A stretch of DNA of 64,000 bases from Octopus sinensis (GCF_006345805.1 NC_042999.1:92318001-92382000), one strand, 5' to 3'. Positions 36,890-49,232 are shown, numbered from the stretch's first letter. Numbers and translations: made by a program. The notes: generated by a model from the letters alone, not told the origin.

Positions 36890-37540
36890 AGACAGATATT
36901 GCTGCAATCCTAAATGATAATACAGTAGATAAGAAGACCTATATTGGATTATGTAAAGGAGAATTTAAAAATGACTATGCCAATCACATAACCTCCTTCC
37001 AACATAAGGACAAAAAGCAAAGCTACTAAGTTGACTAGCTACATGTGGAGTTTCAAAGATAAGGAAACACCACATGTGATTAAATGGAAAATAATTGAGA
37101 AATCCATACCTTATGTTAATGGATCCAATAAATGTAGGCTTCATTTAACTGAAAGAACGCAGATCCTGTTCAGATCTAAGATCCTAAACTCTCTACTGAA
37201 CTCTAGATCTGAAATTTTCAGCTGTTGCAAGCATATGTATAGATATATTTTGAAGAATTGAAAAATTCTATCTATTCCTGATTAACTTCTTGATATCTTT
37301 CCAGCCTTATCTAGGGTCTGATGAGGATAATTCTTTCAACTTATACAATTTAGTTTTTTTTACCTTTTCTTTTTTGCTTTCCCTTTTTTTAACCATTCAC
37401 ATTTTCTATATGCTGCCTTCTCAGTTTTCACATTTCTTCTCTTCTTCAATTTTCTTAGTTCATTATGATAAGTGATTTGTGCCTGATGAATATGTTAGAA
37501 ATAGTTCACAACATACGAAACTATTAGTGTAGCATTTAAA
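36890..37540 (+). mobile_element. Penelope-like element (Neptune-type) 3' end: GIY-YIG C-terminus plus pseudo-LTR
   Basis: YIGLCKGEFKNDYANHITSFQHK... then TSYMWSFKDKETPHVIKWKIIEKSIPYVNGSNKCRLHLTERTQILF...LLNSRSEIFSCCKH*. This matches the Neptune GIY-YIG pattern (IKW.I...Y...KRC.LCL.EK..I...LN.R.E..S.CRH). A pyrimidine-rich UTR and a hammerhead motif follow. Confidence 0.85.
37479..37535 (+). ncRNA. Minimal type I hammerhead ribozyme motif (one core-adjacent mismatch)
   Basis: Stem I GTGC/GCAT; core CTGATGA (37483-37489); stem II TATGTT/AACATA; GAAA (37517-37520); stem III AC/GT with loop TATTAGT; cleavage triplet GTA (37529-37531). The 10.1-11.1 pair is A.C instead of the usual G-C. Confidence 0.65.
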
Positions 37541-38639
37541 GGCATGTATTGTGTCCTTTAAATAAATAATATATGTGTGTGTGAGTATACGTGTAGAAAT
37601 ATATATATATATACCTACACACACACACACATATATATATATATGTAGATATCTATATGTAGACATGTAGATATATCAATAAATGCCTGTTTTCCGTGAT
37701 AGTTTGGGTTGGATGATTTAACAGGATCTGCTGATCTGTGTTTCAGTATTAGCTTTGGCAAAGTTTTTACACTGAGAACAGGGTGCTTTCTTTTTCTTGC
37801 GTCACCAGTACTAGTTAGGCTGCTGATTAACTCGCAAGATAGAAAATGAACAGGAGAAAAAGAAAAAGGTAATAGTTCCGGCTACTAAAAGCAAAGATAT
37901 GGAGCAGAACATGGAGAGGAAGAAGCATTGGTATCAACACCTCTATAGCTGCTTGCAGCATTTACTGACAGTGTATATTAAACAACTTGTTAAATGTTTA
38001 GCATTTAGGTACACCCTGGAACAGAAGGAGCTCTTGGGTATCTGTCTTTTCTCTACAAATACAGTTTGCATCTTGTACTGCTGTCAGATTAAGGCTTAAA
38101 TTTTTCCAGTACCCTCCATCTAGTTTCGTATTTGATGGCTTTCTTTTTCAAACACTATATGTACATGCCAATGTACGTATAGTGTCTGAAACATGCCAAA
38201 TGCTGGATGCATTGCTTTACTCTCTGGACCTGACTTCTACATCATATACAATGACTTCTGTGTTACAGAAACCATTGAGCAGATATGCAGTGTTATCTCT
38301 ACATGAGCAACAGGCACTAGTGCTATTTGTGGACTTATTAAAAAAATACTCCTCATGTTAGCCATGCATCTGAATTAACCTTAAGTTTGTATTTATTAAA
38401 TAACTTTCTATATTTAACTTATGTGTGGGTAGAAAATGGACCTAACATTTAAAGAGAAAATCATTTAATAGCTACATACTTAAGGTTTCCATCAATTATA
38501 CAGCCCACAAAAAGAGTATCCTTTCATAGAACTCCACTTCTAAGTACATAACAAATGGTGGCTATAACACTGGGAAATCTATCATATATATATATATATA
38601 AACACACACACACATATATATGCATACATACACTTTTAC

Positions 38640-38841
38640 TCTTTTACTTGCTTCAGTCATTTGACTGCAGCCATGCTGGAGCACTGCCTTTAGATCGACT
38701 CCAGGACTTATTCTTTGGAAGCCTAATACTTATTCCATCAGTCTCTTTTGCCGAACTGCTAAGTTACAGGTATGTTAACACATCAGCATCGGTTGTCAAG
38801 CAATGTTGGGGTGGGGGACAAACAGGGACACACAAACATAC

Positions 38842-38876
<35 letters not shown>

Positions 38877-39030
38877 CACACATATACACAACAGGTTTCT
38901 TTCAGTTTCTGTCTACCAAATCAACTCACAAGACTTTGGTTGGCCCGAGGCAATAGTAGAAGACACTTGCCCAAGGTGCCACGCCGTGGGAATGAATCTT
39001 AACCATGTGGTTGGTAAGCAAGCTACTCAC
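38640..39030 (-). mobile_element. SINE family B (CORE-like) with internal microsatellite
   Basis: Minus strand: GCTTGCTTACCAACCACATGG...GGCACCTTGGGCAAGTGTCTTCTACTATTGCCTCGGGCCAACCAAAG... and 3' end GCTCCAGCATGGCTGCAGTCAAATGACTGAAGCAAGTAAAA. Confidence 0.8.
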
Positions 39031-39289
39031 CACACACACAGATATATATGTACATATATGTACACACACATATATATATGTATATATATATATATATATA
39101 AATATATATACACACACACACACATTCACATACATATACATGTATGTTTTACCTCTAACCTACTGAAAGGTATCCAGCAAAAGTCATGGACATTAGCTTT
39201 GTTCTATGAATAAAATACAAAGGAAAAGACTGATTGTCAACTCCAGCACAGACTTAATGTATTGATAAGTATATTTTATCTTTTATTTC

Positions 39290-39640
39290 TTATAGTCATT
39301 AGACTGTGTTGGGACACTTTCTTGAAGAATTACAGTCAAATGAATCAACTTCAGAACTTTTTGTTAAACCCTGGTACTCATTCTATCAGCCTTTTTTTTT
39401 TTTTGCTGAACTGCTAAGTTATGGTGACATAAACACACCAACACAAGTTGTCTAGCAGTGGACAAACACACACACATATATGAAGGGCTTCTTTCAGTTT
39501 CCAAATCCACCCACAAAACTTTGGTTGGCCTGAGGCTATAGTAGAAAATACTTGCCCAACCTGCCATGCAGTGAGACTGAACCTGAAATCATATGGTCAG
39601 GAAACAAATTCCTTACCACAGAGCCACACCTGCACCTATA
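39290..39640 (-). mobile_element. SINE family B, second copy
   Basis: Same blocks as the 38640-39030 copy (GGCAAGTATTTTCTACTATAGCCTCAGGCCAACCAAAG; GTTTATGTCACCATAACTTAGCAGTTCAGC). Confidence 0.7.
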
Positions 39641-40073
39641 AGTATATGCACAGTTTCTGTCTTAATCTTACGTAACTTCTCAGAAGTGCAGCATCAAATG
39701 TTCATGTTTCTTAACGCAGAATCTCAAAACAACTTGCAGAAGCCTCAAATGTAAAAAGTTACACTTGAATACTAGCCAACAACAGAAGTTTTCAAATGTC
39801 ATAGCATTATGAAAGTGGTCATATTCTATAAGCTGAAAAGGAGCTGGCAGCAAATTTGTAGTTTCTCAAAGTATATAAAAGGTATAGCTAGATTTCTGGG
39901 GGGGATTTTTCTTTATTACACCAGTTTATTCCTACTTATTTCACAAGTTTTACTCTAGCATCTAGATTGATGACATTCCTTGTATATTTCGATGAGATAG
40001 ACCTGCTATATTGCTGAGAACTATTTTATCAATATTAAACTGAATGTGAAGAAGAAAATAATTGTTTACTTAC

Positions 40074-40231
40074 TTCAAAGAATCCACTTAATGTAGCTAC
40101 ACTGAAAAATGGAACTTTACATGGTCCACTCATTGTACAGATCAAGGAAAAGATATTCTCAAGGCTGTTAGATATAGTATGAATTGTATCCTTTGGTATT
40201 CCTGATGCCAAATCAATTATCATAGCAGTGG
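40074..40231 (-). CDS. M1AP: M1AP homologue, coding exon 2 (TAMIIDLASGIPKDTIHTISNSLENIFSLICTMSGPCKVPFFSVATLSGFFE)
   Basis: Acceptor ttttccttctgtag|CC, donor GAA|gtaagt, 158 nt, phase 1 to 0. Closely resembles human LCEALQNFFSLACSLMGPSRMSLFSLY. Confidence 0.92.
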
Positions 40232-41245
40232 CTACAGAAGGAAAATAATCATACAGTTTGACCTTAATAAAACAATGAAAGTTAATTAGATTAATTATAG
40301 AATGTGAAAACAAAAATCAAATAAAATATTGTATATGCAAAATTCAAAATATAAAGTTATGGAGTTAATAGTGAAAATAATTTACAAATGCAGGAAGAAA
40401 TAAAATACACAGTTTATAGCCAACCTTACAAGGTTGTATGATAGTATTGATTTCTTTTGACTAAGCTTATGTATAAGTTTTCAATAAACTAAAAAACTTA
40501 AAACAAAAGAAATGTTAAAATCATTCCCTGAAAGAGCTAAACACTTTGTAGAAACAAAATTAGAAATTGTTAAACTTTTATTTAGTACACTGACATTTTG
40601 TTTCAGACAAGTTGCCTTTCTAGGTAGTATTAGTACTAGTGAATTGATATTTTATTTATTTCACAATACCATTAGTTTATCAGAGATATCTGTACATGAT
40701 CAAGTATATTGTCTCTGAGATATATGAAGAAATGTATAGCCATATTCATATCTTTGTTAAAACCATTAGTAATGTAAGAGAATTGAAACAGTGATAAATG
40801 AGAAGCATGAGTAGATGAAAAACTTGTCTTAAATTCTACATAAGGGTGTTCACTATAAGCATTAAAAATACATTTTGTAATCTCAAACCAGAAACAATAT
40901 ATTACATGGAAGCACAGTTATTTTTAACTCTGCTGTCTTTAAATTCAAATTAACATGATATCAATGAGGTAAACAGAATTTTATCAAACAGATGTTTTGG
41001 ATAAAAATAAAAAGAACATGAAAGCAATAATAATTAAACATTGATACTTGTTTCAAAAGATATTTGATTCATATATCAGAATCAATTAGAACACATTTTG
41101 CGTACATATTAAAAAAATCTACAACAAAATTTAATTGAAATATATTTTTGACAAGTGCTTAAATAATACAAAGTAAGCAAAATTATTTTTTTATCCTAAT
41201 TTTCACTAGAAAGATAGAAAACTTGAAAGATAAGAAACTGATTAC

Positions 41246-41345
41246 CAGGATGCTGCCGAAATACTAATGAAGTAAGGGTGTTACCCTTCGAACTATTTGG
41301 TTGCTTACAGTTGCTTGACTGCATTTTAAAGTTTTCTCTTTTCAT
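41246..41345 (-). CDS. M1AP: M1AP homologue, first coding exon (MKRENFKMQSSNCKQPNSSKGNTLTSLVFRQHP)
   Basis: Exon 41366-41246: acceptor ttttcatctttacag|TGA, in-frame stop 21 nt upstream of ATG 41345 (alternative ATG 7 codons later), donor CCTG|gtaatc, phase 1 matching exon 2. The junction RQHP-ATAMII parallels human QQPPRLLIV. Confidence 0.75.
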
Positions 41346-42359
41346 CAGGATAATTGACAAATTTCACTGTAAAGATGAAAAATGTGAATTTCTTCAATTG
41401 ATTTTCTTTTAATGTAGGAAATAATTTCACAGCTTATTTCAATTAATAGCATTCTAAGGATGAAAATTACACTTCAGGCACTTTTCATAAAATAAAATTG
41501 TTACAGAAAATGATCAAGCGTTATTTAAATAGTGATTTTAATAATGAATGAATTCTTTTTAGAAATGATGTCAAAAAGTACAAAATTAGCCTGTAATTAT
41601 TGTTGCTGGCAAGAAAGGCATCTTGTTAAATTTTCAGCAAATATTGTATACCACTAAAACATGGATTGCATATACATCCATTTCATTTAGAGTAGCATTA
41701 AAAAAAATAGGTGTCAATGTGCTGGTAGTGGTATAGTTAGACTGTTGAAAAGTATGGATACATGTATTTAATTTCAAACAAACAAATTAAGTAGATATCT
41801 AAGTAGTTGGTGAAATAAGGATTTGGGTACTAGAAGAAAAGAAGAACCTTGAGAGAAGGTAAAAAACTCATTAATTACATTATTTAATTTGCAACAGACA
41901 GAAAAGTAAACAATTTCACAAACCAAGTGAATGTCTTTACACCCAACTCAGTTATAGATATACAAAAAGACAGCAAGGCTGCAGCTGGAATGCTTTTGAT
42001 CATAGACTTGTTCTATAAGGACTGACTGGGCAGTAAACTACAACAATATATCAGTGTCTCTACCGTATGAGGGTTGGCTGAAAAGATTATGGGCTTAGAA
42101 AGATACTCTTATAGAATGTAAGCAAATGAGGACAGGTGTTTCTTTGTCTCTGGCTCAGAGTGATGAAAGCAACACTCATCCTGGCTTAGGAAATGTTAAA
42201 AAAAAAACCCCAGCTCAATCTGCCTCAAACAATGTCAAATTTAAAACATACATATTACTTCAGGTAACACATGTGCAATAATATACAATAACTGGCCAAA
42301 GAGAAGTGTTCATGACCAGACTACAGCTTTTGTGCATTGTGTAGATTCGGATATAAGAA

Positions 42360-42930
42360 TTTGTTTTGAAGAAAATTCATATGAGTTGCCTTCGTTTTCT
42401 AATAACTATCAGTAAAATGAGTATTTTTTCATGAAATTTTCTACAAATAGCTTTCAGAGTGTGGATTATGATTATATCAGAATTTAAATTGAAAAAGAAT
42501 TGGTGAGACAGTACACATACATACTGATACACATCACATGTATCTGCAAAATGAAACTTGAAATTTTGAAAAAATTTGTAATGAATTCGTATGTACGTGT
42601 GCATGCTCACTGTTTTTTGTTTTTTTTACACACAAAATTCCTATATATTCATACTTTACACACTCTGAACAAATTCCAATATAATTAGAAGCTACACCAT
42701 CTTAAGTGTAGTTGTAGAAATTTTCATTTAAAAATACCCATTTTTCCTTAAGTTATGAGGAAACAAAGCCAACACGTGAATTTTCTGAAAATCTTCATCC
42801 CACTCCTGCGAAAAATAGATTTTCATAACAAATTCCAATATATACTGAAACTACACCATCTAAAGTGTATTTGTAGAAAATTTCATTAAAAAAATATATA
42901 TTTTTATGCAAGCTATAATGAAACAAAATT
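42360..42930. mobile_element. Possible Helitron/HINE-type non-autonomous remnants with internal duplication
   Basis: ACAAATTCCAATATA...CTACACCATCT.AAGTGTA.TTGTAGAAA.TTTCATT.AAAAATA occurs twice (about 42669 and 42828). Family assignment is tentative. Confidence 0.3.
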
Positions 42931-43249
42931 AGTGAGGCACATTTATATATATATGCCTATTGCTTTAACATAAGTAATATTAAGATTACATTGCTATTTT
43001 TACATATCTGCTTGCTTTGCTTCACTTTCATTTTGTATGTGTCATTGTATAATTATATAGCAGCATTTTATATATAAACTAAGAATATCCTTCTATCATT
43101 CAGTTTACATAAAAAAAGGTGACAATAATGTGAATGAAATAGGCTCAATTTTTCAATACACCTGTACGGAAATAGGATAATGATATCTACAAGGATATTG
43201 TGTTTCGTAATGAATACTAACATATTAAAACTGCAGCATGTATATATAA

Positions 43250-43903
43250 ATTCAATCGCAGTAGTCATTTTTCAAATCAAAATAGATGAACATCAATGGA
43301 ATTTGTATCTTTGTGGTACCAGTGCCGGTGGCATGTGGCACATAAGAAAACCATCCGAACGTGGCCGTAGCCAGTACCGCATCGACTGGCCTCCGTGCTG
43401 TGGGCACGTAACAAGCACCATCCGATCGTGGCCGTTTGCCAGCCTCATCTGGCACCTGTGTCGGTGGCACATAAAAACACCATCCGAGCGTGGCCGTCTG
43501 CCAGCCTCGTCTGGCACCTGTGTCGGTGGCACATAAAAAACACCATCCGAGCGTGGCCGTCTGCCAGCCTCGTCTGGCACCTGTGTCGGTGGCACATAAA
43601 AAACACCATCCGAGCGTGGCCGTCTGCCAGCCTCGTCTGGCACCTGTGTCGGTGGCACATAAAAAACACCATCTGAGCGTGGCCGTTTGCCAGCCTCGTC
43701 TGGCACCTGTGTCGGTAGCACATAAAATCACCCACTACACTCTCGGAGTGGTTGGCGTTAGGAAGGGCATCCAGCTGTAGAAACACTGCCAGATCTGACT
43801 GGACTGGTGCAGCTTTCGGGCTCCCCAGACCCCAGTTGAACCGTCCAACCCATGCTAGCATGGAAAGCGGACGTTAAATGATGATGATGATGATGATGAT
43901 GAT
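43250..43903 (+). mobile_element. RTE LINE 3'UTR with expanded 63-bp tandem array and (GAT)n tail
   Basis: Five units start at 43418, 43480, 43543, 43606 and 43669, followed by the standard 3' end ...CATGCTAGCATGGAAAGCGGACGTTAAAT(GAT)n. Confidence 0.9.
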
Positions 43904-44289
43904 ATGAATGACATTCTTTTAACATAATTGCATTATATCTTATTGCTCTAATTCATGTTTTCCGTTATTGAAGTTCAAGCTTCATTCATGTTGCGTGTCT
44001 TGTCAGCATTCTTCCCACATGCATACTTATGCATATACACTATAGGAATATATGATACAATGATATCAAACCAATGTAAAACAAACTATCTTAAAGATTG
44101 CTCTTAAATGTGGTTTTGGTAATTTTGACTACTTGTTCTAGCATGTAAAACTGCTTGTTGAGGGCAGTTTCTCTTGTGTTTAAATGTACACTATTTTATA
44201 TTGAGAATATGTTGTCTATTGACATTTTATACATGCTAGGCCACTGGTAATGAAATTTCTAAAAAAAACTCGCTACCCTATATTTTACA

Positions 44290-45090
44290 TATATTACAAG
44301 AGCAACAACAGAGAACTTGGGGATATTCCAATTCTACCAGGAGGAAGTTGAAGAGGCAAAACATAAGCTCAAAGACAGTAAATCCCCAGGAATGGATAAC
44401 ATCCCATCAGAACTCCTAAAACATGGAGAGCCAAAGCTTCTCAAGGCACTAACAGTTACCTGTCAGTATGAGGAGATGAAACAGTGGCTAAAGGAGTGGA
44501 TCCATTTAATAATGATATCCATTCCCAAGAAAGACAATGTTCTGACAGAATTATAGAACAATCAGCTTAATTAGCCATCACATGGTTTAGCTGAACAGAC
44601 TTAAGGGGAAAGCATAAGAAGTCCTTGTAGAAGTACAGACAAGATTTAAGCACAAAAGTATTGTGGAGCAGATATTTAAAATCAGGCTGCTCACTGAGAA
44701 ACATTTGCAGCTCCAGTGTGTCCTCTATCACAACTTCATCAATTTCAAAAAGGCCTTTGGTCATGTTTGACATAATGGGTTGCAGCAAGTAACAAAGAAG
44801 TACATTGACATCAACCTCATCAAAATAATCCAAGCACTGTATGAAAACTTAAACAGTGCAGTTTTGAACAACCTCAAAGAATTCTTTTAGGAAGCAGTGA
44901 AGTAGAATGAGAGGAGCTCATCACCAGACTGAAAAACTAATCAGGAATACAGAGGATGGAGATCAGCCCCCAAAAGAGCAAGATCTTATTTAATTGTAAC
45001 AACCAGAACACAGCAACAAATATCATGCTGAATGGCAAGAGATTTGATGAAATGGACACCTTCAAGTACTTAGGATCCACTTTGACAGGA
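44290..45090 (+). mobile_element. Second RTE-clade (BovB-like) LINE, internal fragments
   Basis: IPILPEEVEEAKHKLKDSKSPGMDNIPSELLKHG...W...IPKK; YRTISLISH; DFKKAF-like block; MEISPQKSKIL...MLNG...EMDTFKYLGSTLT. Confidence 0.75.
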
Positions 45091-45962
45091 TGGCAGATAA
45101 AGATACATATAATCATCATATGCATACTGAACAGCAAGATTCAATATGATATTTATTCTTAATACATTCCAGCAGATTCAAACAAAAAATGCTAATCACT
45201 GTTGTGTTTGTCACAGAAGAACAGCTTTTTTTTTACAATGGCTGTGTTCATAACACATTTAATTCACTAATACAAGGGATTCTGGGACACCAGTGTTTCA
45301 AAACGTTTGTCCTGTCAGTCAAAAGGAACTGGACCAATGAATCTGACAAGAGCTGATGGTTTTGTTTCTAATTTTAATAAAAGAAATTTTTGCTGATCTG
45401 TGTTGATAGCTGCCAACTGATAATAGATCTTCATATGCAGTGAACAGTAACATACAAAATGAAGATTTGTATATTTTTTCTTACTATGTGAATATGCTAA
45501 TCATTGTGGTGTTCATCACAGGTGAATAGCTTCTGCTTCACAAGTGTATTAATAACACACATTTCTTGTCTTCACAAATCCTCTGCATTCATGTCCTACA
45601 ACTCACTGAACTTTTTCAGCAAGTTCTTACTCTAGCTACTATGCTTTCAGAACACCCATTACAACAATTAAGTCCCCCTGGTAACAGAAGGTATCAATTA
45701 TTTTTAGCAAACCATCTTGGTATTGGAGGGAGTTTGCTTTACATGTGCACTGAGTTCTTTCTGCCTTTGAGCAGCTACCGCATGCAAAATTTATATTTTC
45801 AGTTAGTCTGCAAGTGATCTTATTGCAACTCTTGTATGCCTATAGTTTACTCCTTGTTCACCACAAAGAATACTTACCTACCTACTATTCTTATACATAC
45901 ATATATTTACACACACACACACACAAAAACACACATAAAAACACACAAAAACACACACACAA

Positions 45963-48900
45963 AGTTAAAGAATGGAGTACATAAGATCTAGGCTACATAT
46001 GTTTCACAGCGAGCAAAACCTCATCATCATCATTTAACATCCGCCTTCCATGCTAGCATAGGTGGGTTAAATAGTTAAGTGAGGTGTATAGTGCAGACTA
46101 CTCTTCGGGCCAAGGATATCTCGATTAAATGAAAGTTTACATTGTCACAAAGAAGTCCATTAACACATGGAAGATTCAATCAGAATGTGTAGTAGGAGAG
46201 GAGAATGTAAATGTAGAGAGAAATAAGGATTAAAAGAAAGAAAAAAGAAAAAATATAAGGGAGTGAGAGGAATGAAGAATTTAAGCAAGATCATTTGAGT
46301 GGTAGTATTCAATGGGGTTATTTTGGCTGAATCACAGAAATTAGGAAGGGGAGTGATATTTGAAAAAAAGATAATGTGAAGGGAAAAGGGTAGTAAAATA
46401 TTTTTGATTGAGGGGGAGAAAAAGTGCGCATGAAGAAAGCAAGAGAGAATGAGGAAAGTAAGCATGTCATTTGACCAGTTGTATTCAATAGAATTGTTTT
46501 GGCCAAATCACAGAAATTAGCAAGGGGAGTGGTATTAGGAAAAAATGATGTGGAAGGAAGAGGGTAGGGAAATGTTTTTGGTTTAAGGGGGAGAAAAAAT
46601 ATATATGCAAGAAGAAAGCAAGAGAGAATGGGGAAGAATCATGGCAGCTACTACTGGTTTTCAATTGATGAATGTATATTGTGTGCAGTGAGCATTTACA
46701 GTATGGAGTAGTAGAGGTGTATGTTGACATATGTAATTGCAAGTTTATGAAGGGAGTGGGGTAGAAGGTTGGAGGCAGATAAAATAAGAGGAAAACATTT
46801 TTTAAATGCTAAGGAAAAATACAGACAGAAGTATTTAAATGACAATATGGAATTAAATGGAAGAAACATTGTTGGTTTAGAATAAAGTAGTAGTGAGGGT
46901 AGATAAGAAGGAAAATTTATGAAGGCTATGGGGAAAGGTGGGGCAGGGTTGTTGCTATTTGCATATTGAGAATGGATTTAGTGATCGATGTTTGCAGGTA
47001 AAAATTATACTGCTGCATTCATTAGGCAATGCGTGGATTGCAAGATAGTTAAGACCTCAGCTATGCAGAGATCACACTTGTTATTATAGCTGTTGTATAG
47101 GCTGATGTGGGTGACTATGGACCACTTGAGAGTGCAAGGAGTTGAATCAATCTTTAGTTTATTGGTAAGCTGAGATAATGATGTCCTGCTGAATTTCATT
47201 TGTGACTTGAAACTGTAGTGGTTGCTCATTCTAGCTTTGAGGTGGTGCTACATGAGCCAATATATATGTAATTATAGTTGGCTGTTGATACTGTACACTT
47301 ATTAATAATATTTTTTGTGAGACAGCGGTCATCTAAAGGACAGGAGGTTGGGCGTCTGAAGCTGCATAGTTTTGTAGGGGTACCCCAGGTGAACTTGTGA
47401 GGGGATTGCTATTTAGTGAGGAACTGGTGTTAGGCTTGTTATTATGGCTGGCATAAAGATTAGAATTTGTTAAGATGTTGAGGGTAGTGTTGTGGGGTTG
47501 TATAATACGATAATTATTATGCCTGGTGATATCTTCTGTGTCATTCTCTATTTTTGCAAGAGGTATAGTTAGGTGTTGTGGTAAATCAAGGATCAGGTAT
47601 TAGTAGTGGAATTATAGTTGGAGTTATAAGGGTTATGTTGTTGAGGGGAACAGTTAGTATTTTGGGTTAGATGTATGGTGCTGGGGGTTGAGTTAATTTA
47701 TTAGGGTGGAGATTAGCTGGTTGTGGAATTCTGAGTGTTTTTGTTGTTAAGATCTCAAATAACTCCAGCAATGTTGGTGGTGGTGCAGTAGGACAATTTA
47801 ATAGCTTGGGGGTTAAATATTTTACTAAGGGGGCTAGATTTAGGGAAATGTTTTTCGAGTAGGGCAAAGAAGAGTTTAGGTACTCAAGTCTGAACATTAA
47901 GGGCAAAGGGGTGGGGTGGAACCAGATAACGTCTAAGTTCTTGTACTTTTAATCTGATTGTGGGGGGATAACTTGGTGGGGATAGGGTTTTGGAGGTGTA
48001 TGCTGGTGCCTGTTTTGGTGGGTTGTGATGTATATAGGAGTTGGGGGGGTCATCTAGTAGGAGGGTTGTTTGTTAGGTCGTCTGTTACTCCGAAATTTGG
48101 ATGGGTATTGGAGGAGTGGGACAGGGGGGAATTTTACGTTTACTATATGGGGGTGCAGAACTGGTTTCAGTTCCAGGTTTAGTGGAGAGAGGAATATCTC
48201 TCATGGGGATGTATTCGATTGAGTTTCTATATCCGGCACACTGTAAGGCACAATTGTAACATTCAGCATATTGATTGAATAAATCTTTATTAACAGACAG
48301 TGAGGAGATCTGGTAGGAAACGCTTTCCATAATAGATCTTAGGATGGAGTGGGTAGGGTTGGAGGAGAAGTTCATGTAATAGAGGTTTTCCTCAAGTTTG
48401 TGGTATGGGTAGAAGGTTTGGTTTTGCAAGTCTAGGGTTACATCCAAGAAATTAGCAGCTTTGATGTTGTTACAGAAAGAAATGCCAAAGCCAACATTTG
48501 GAAAAAAAAACTTCTTAACCTTTTTCTAATCTGTTCAATTATCCATTTGCTAAAATTTTGGATTGGGAACAATGCATCATCATTGTATATACCCCCAGGG
48601 ATGTTAGGGAATTGTTCATGGAAATCGTTAAGTAGGTAATGCCCTACAAGGTCCATAATTTGGGACGAGTTACTAACCCTATGGAGATGTAGTAAAAGTT
48701 GTATGTATTCCTGCCAGCCCAGGATTTCCCATTCAACAGTATGATATTTTGGCAGACTGCTAATATTATATCATTATGGTTACAAGATAGGCTAGAATGT
48801 TTTTTTGGCAAAGATTAGGGTCTTATTTAGATGAACAGGTGATATGCTGGAGTAGTATTGATCAATGCCAACTTAAATTTAAAGGTGTGCTTAGGGTATT

Positions 48901-49232
48901 GAGATTTGAACCACTAGATAGCTTCAGTGGTTTTGGTCCAAAGTTTTAATGTAGATGTGGTGGAAAGTTGGGGTATTATCCAATCAAGTATAATTTTGCT
49001 GATCATACTTATATTAGATTTAGAGGGGTAGATGAGGCAAATGGGGGGGGGAGGTCACTGTAAAGTTTTCTTATATGGGGTGGACGAGGTGTAGAAGGTT
49101 TGGTCCTATCCTCAAGTCATAGGCCTGAAGTGTAACCTGCAGTATACATCTCACTTGGATATTTACCACTTCTGAGGTTCTGCTTGCAATGAAATATATG
49201 TAGCCTGAATCTTATCTACTCTATTCCTTTAT
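45963..49232 (-). mobile_element. Penelope-like element (Neptune-type), degraded RT plus GIY-YIG, bounded by inverted terminal repeat copies
   Basis: Minus-strand GIYNDDALF (RT), DVTLDLQNQTFYPYHK...NFSSNPTHSI, LNSSLPYSKNI, LKWSIV...YNSYNNKCDLCIAEVLTI (GIY-YIG). 45963-46111 is the inverse of 49121-49232. Confidence 0.85.

Noticed and set aside
43293-43861. CRISPR array or repeat-protein genes (several overlapping ORFs with 21-aa repeats)
   Set aside because: Eukaryotic context, no cas genes, and the units lie inside an RTE LINE 3'UTR. The 63-bp period (a multiple of 3, stop-poor) explains the ORFs in many frames.
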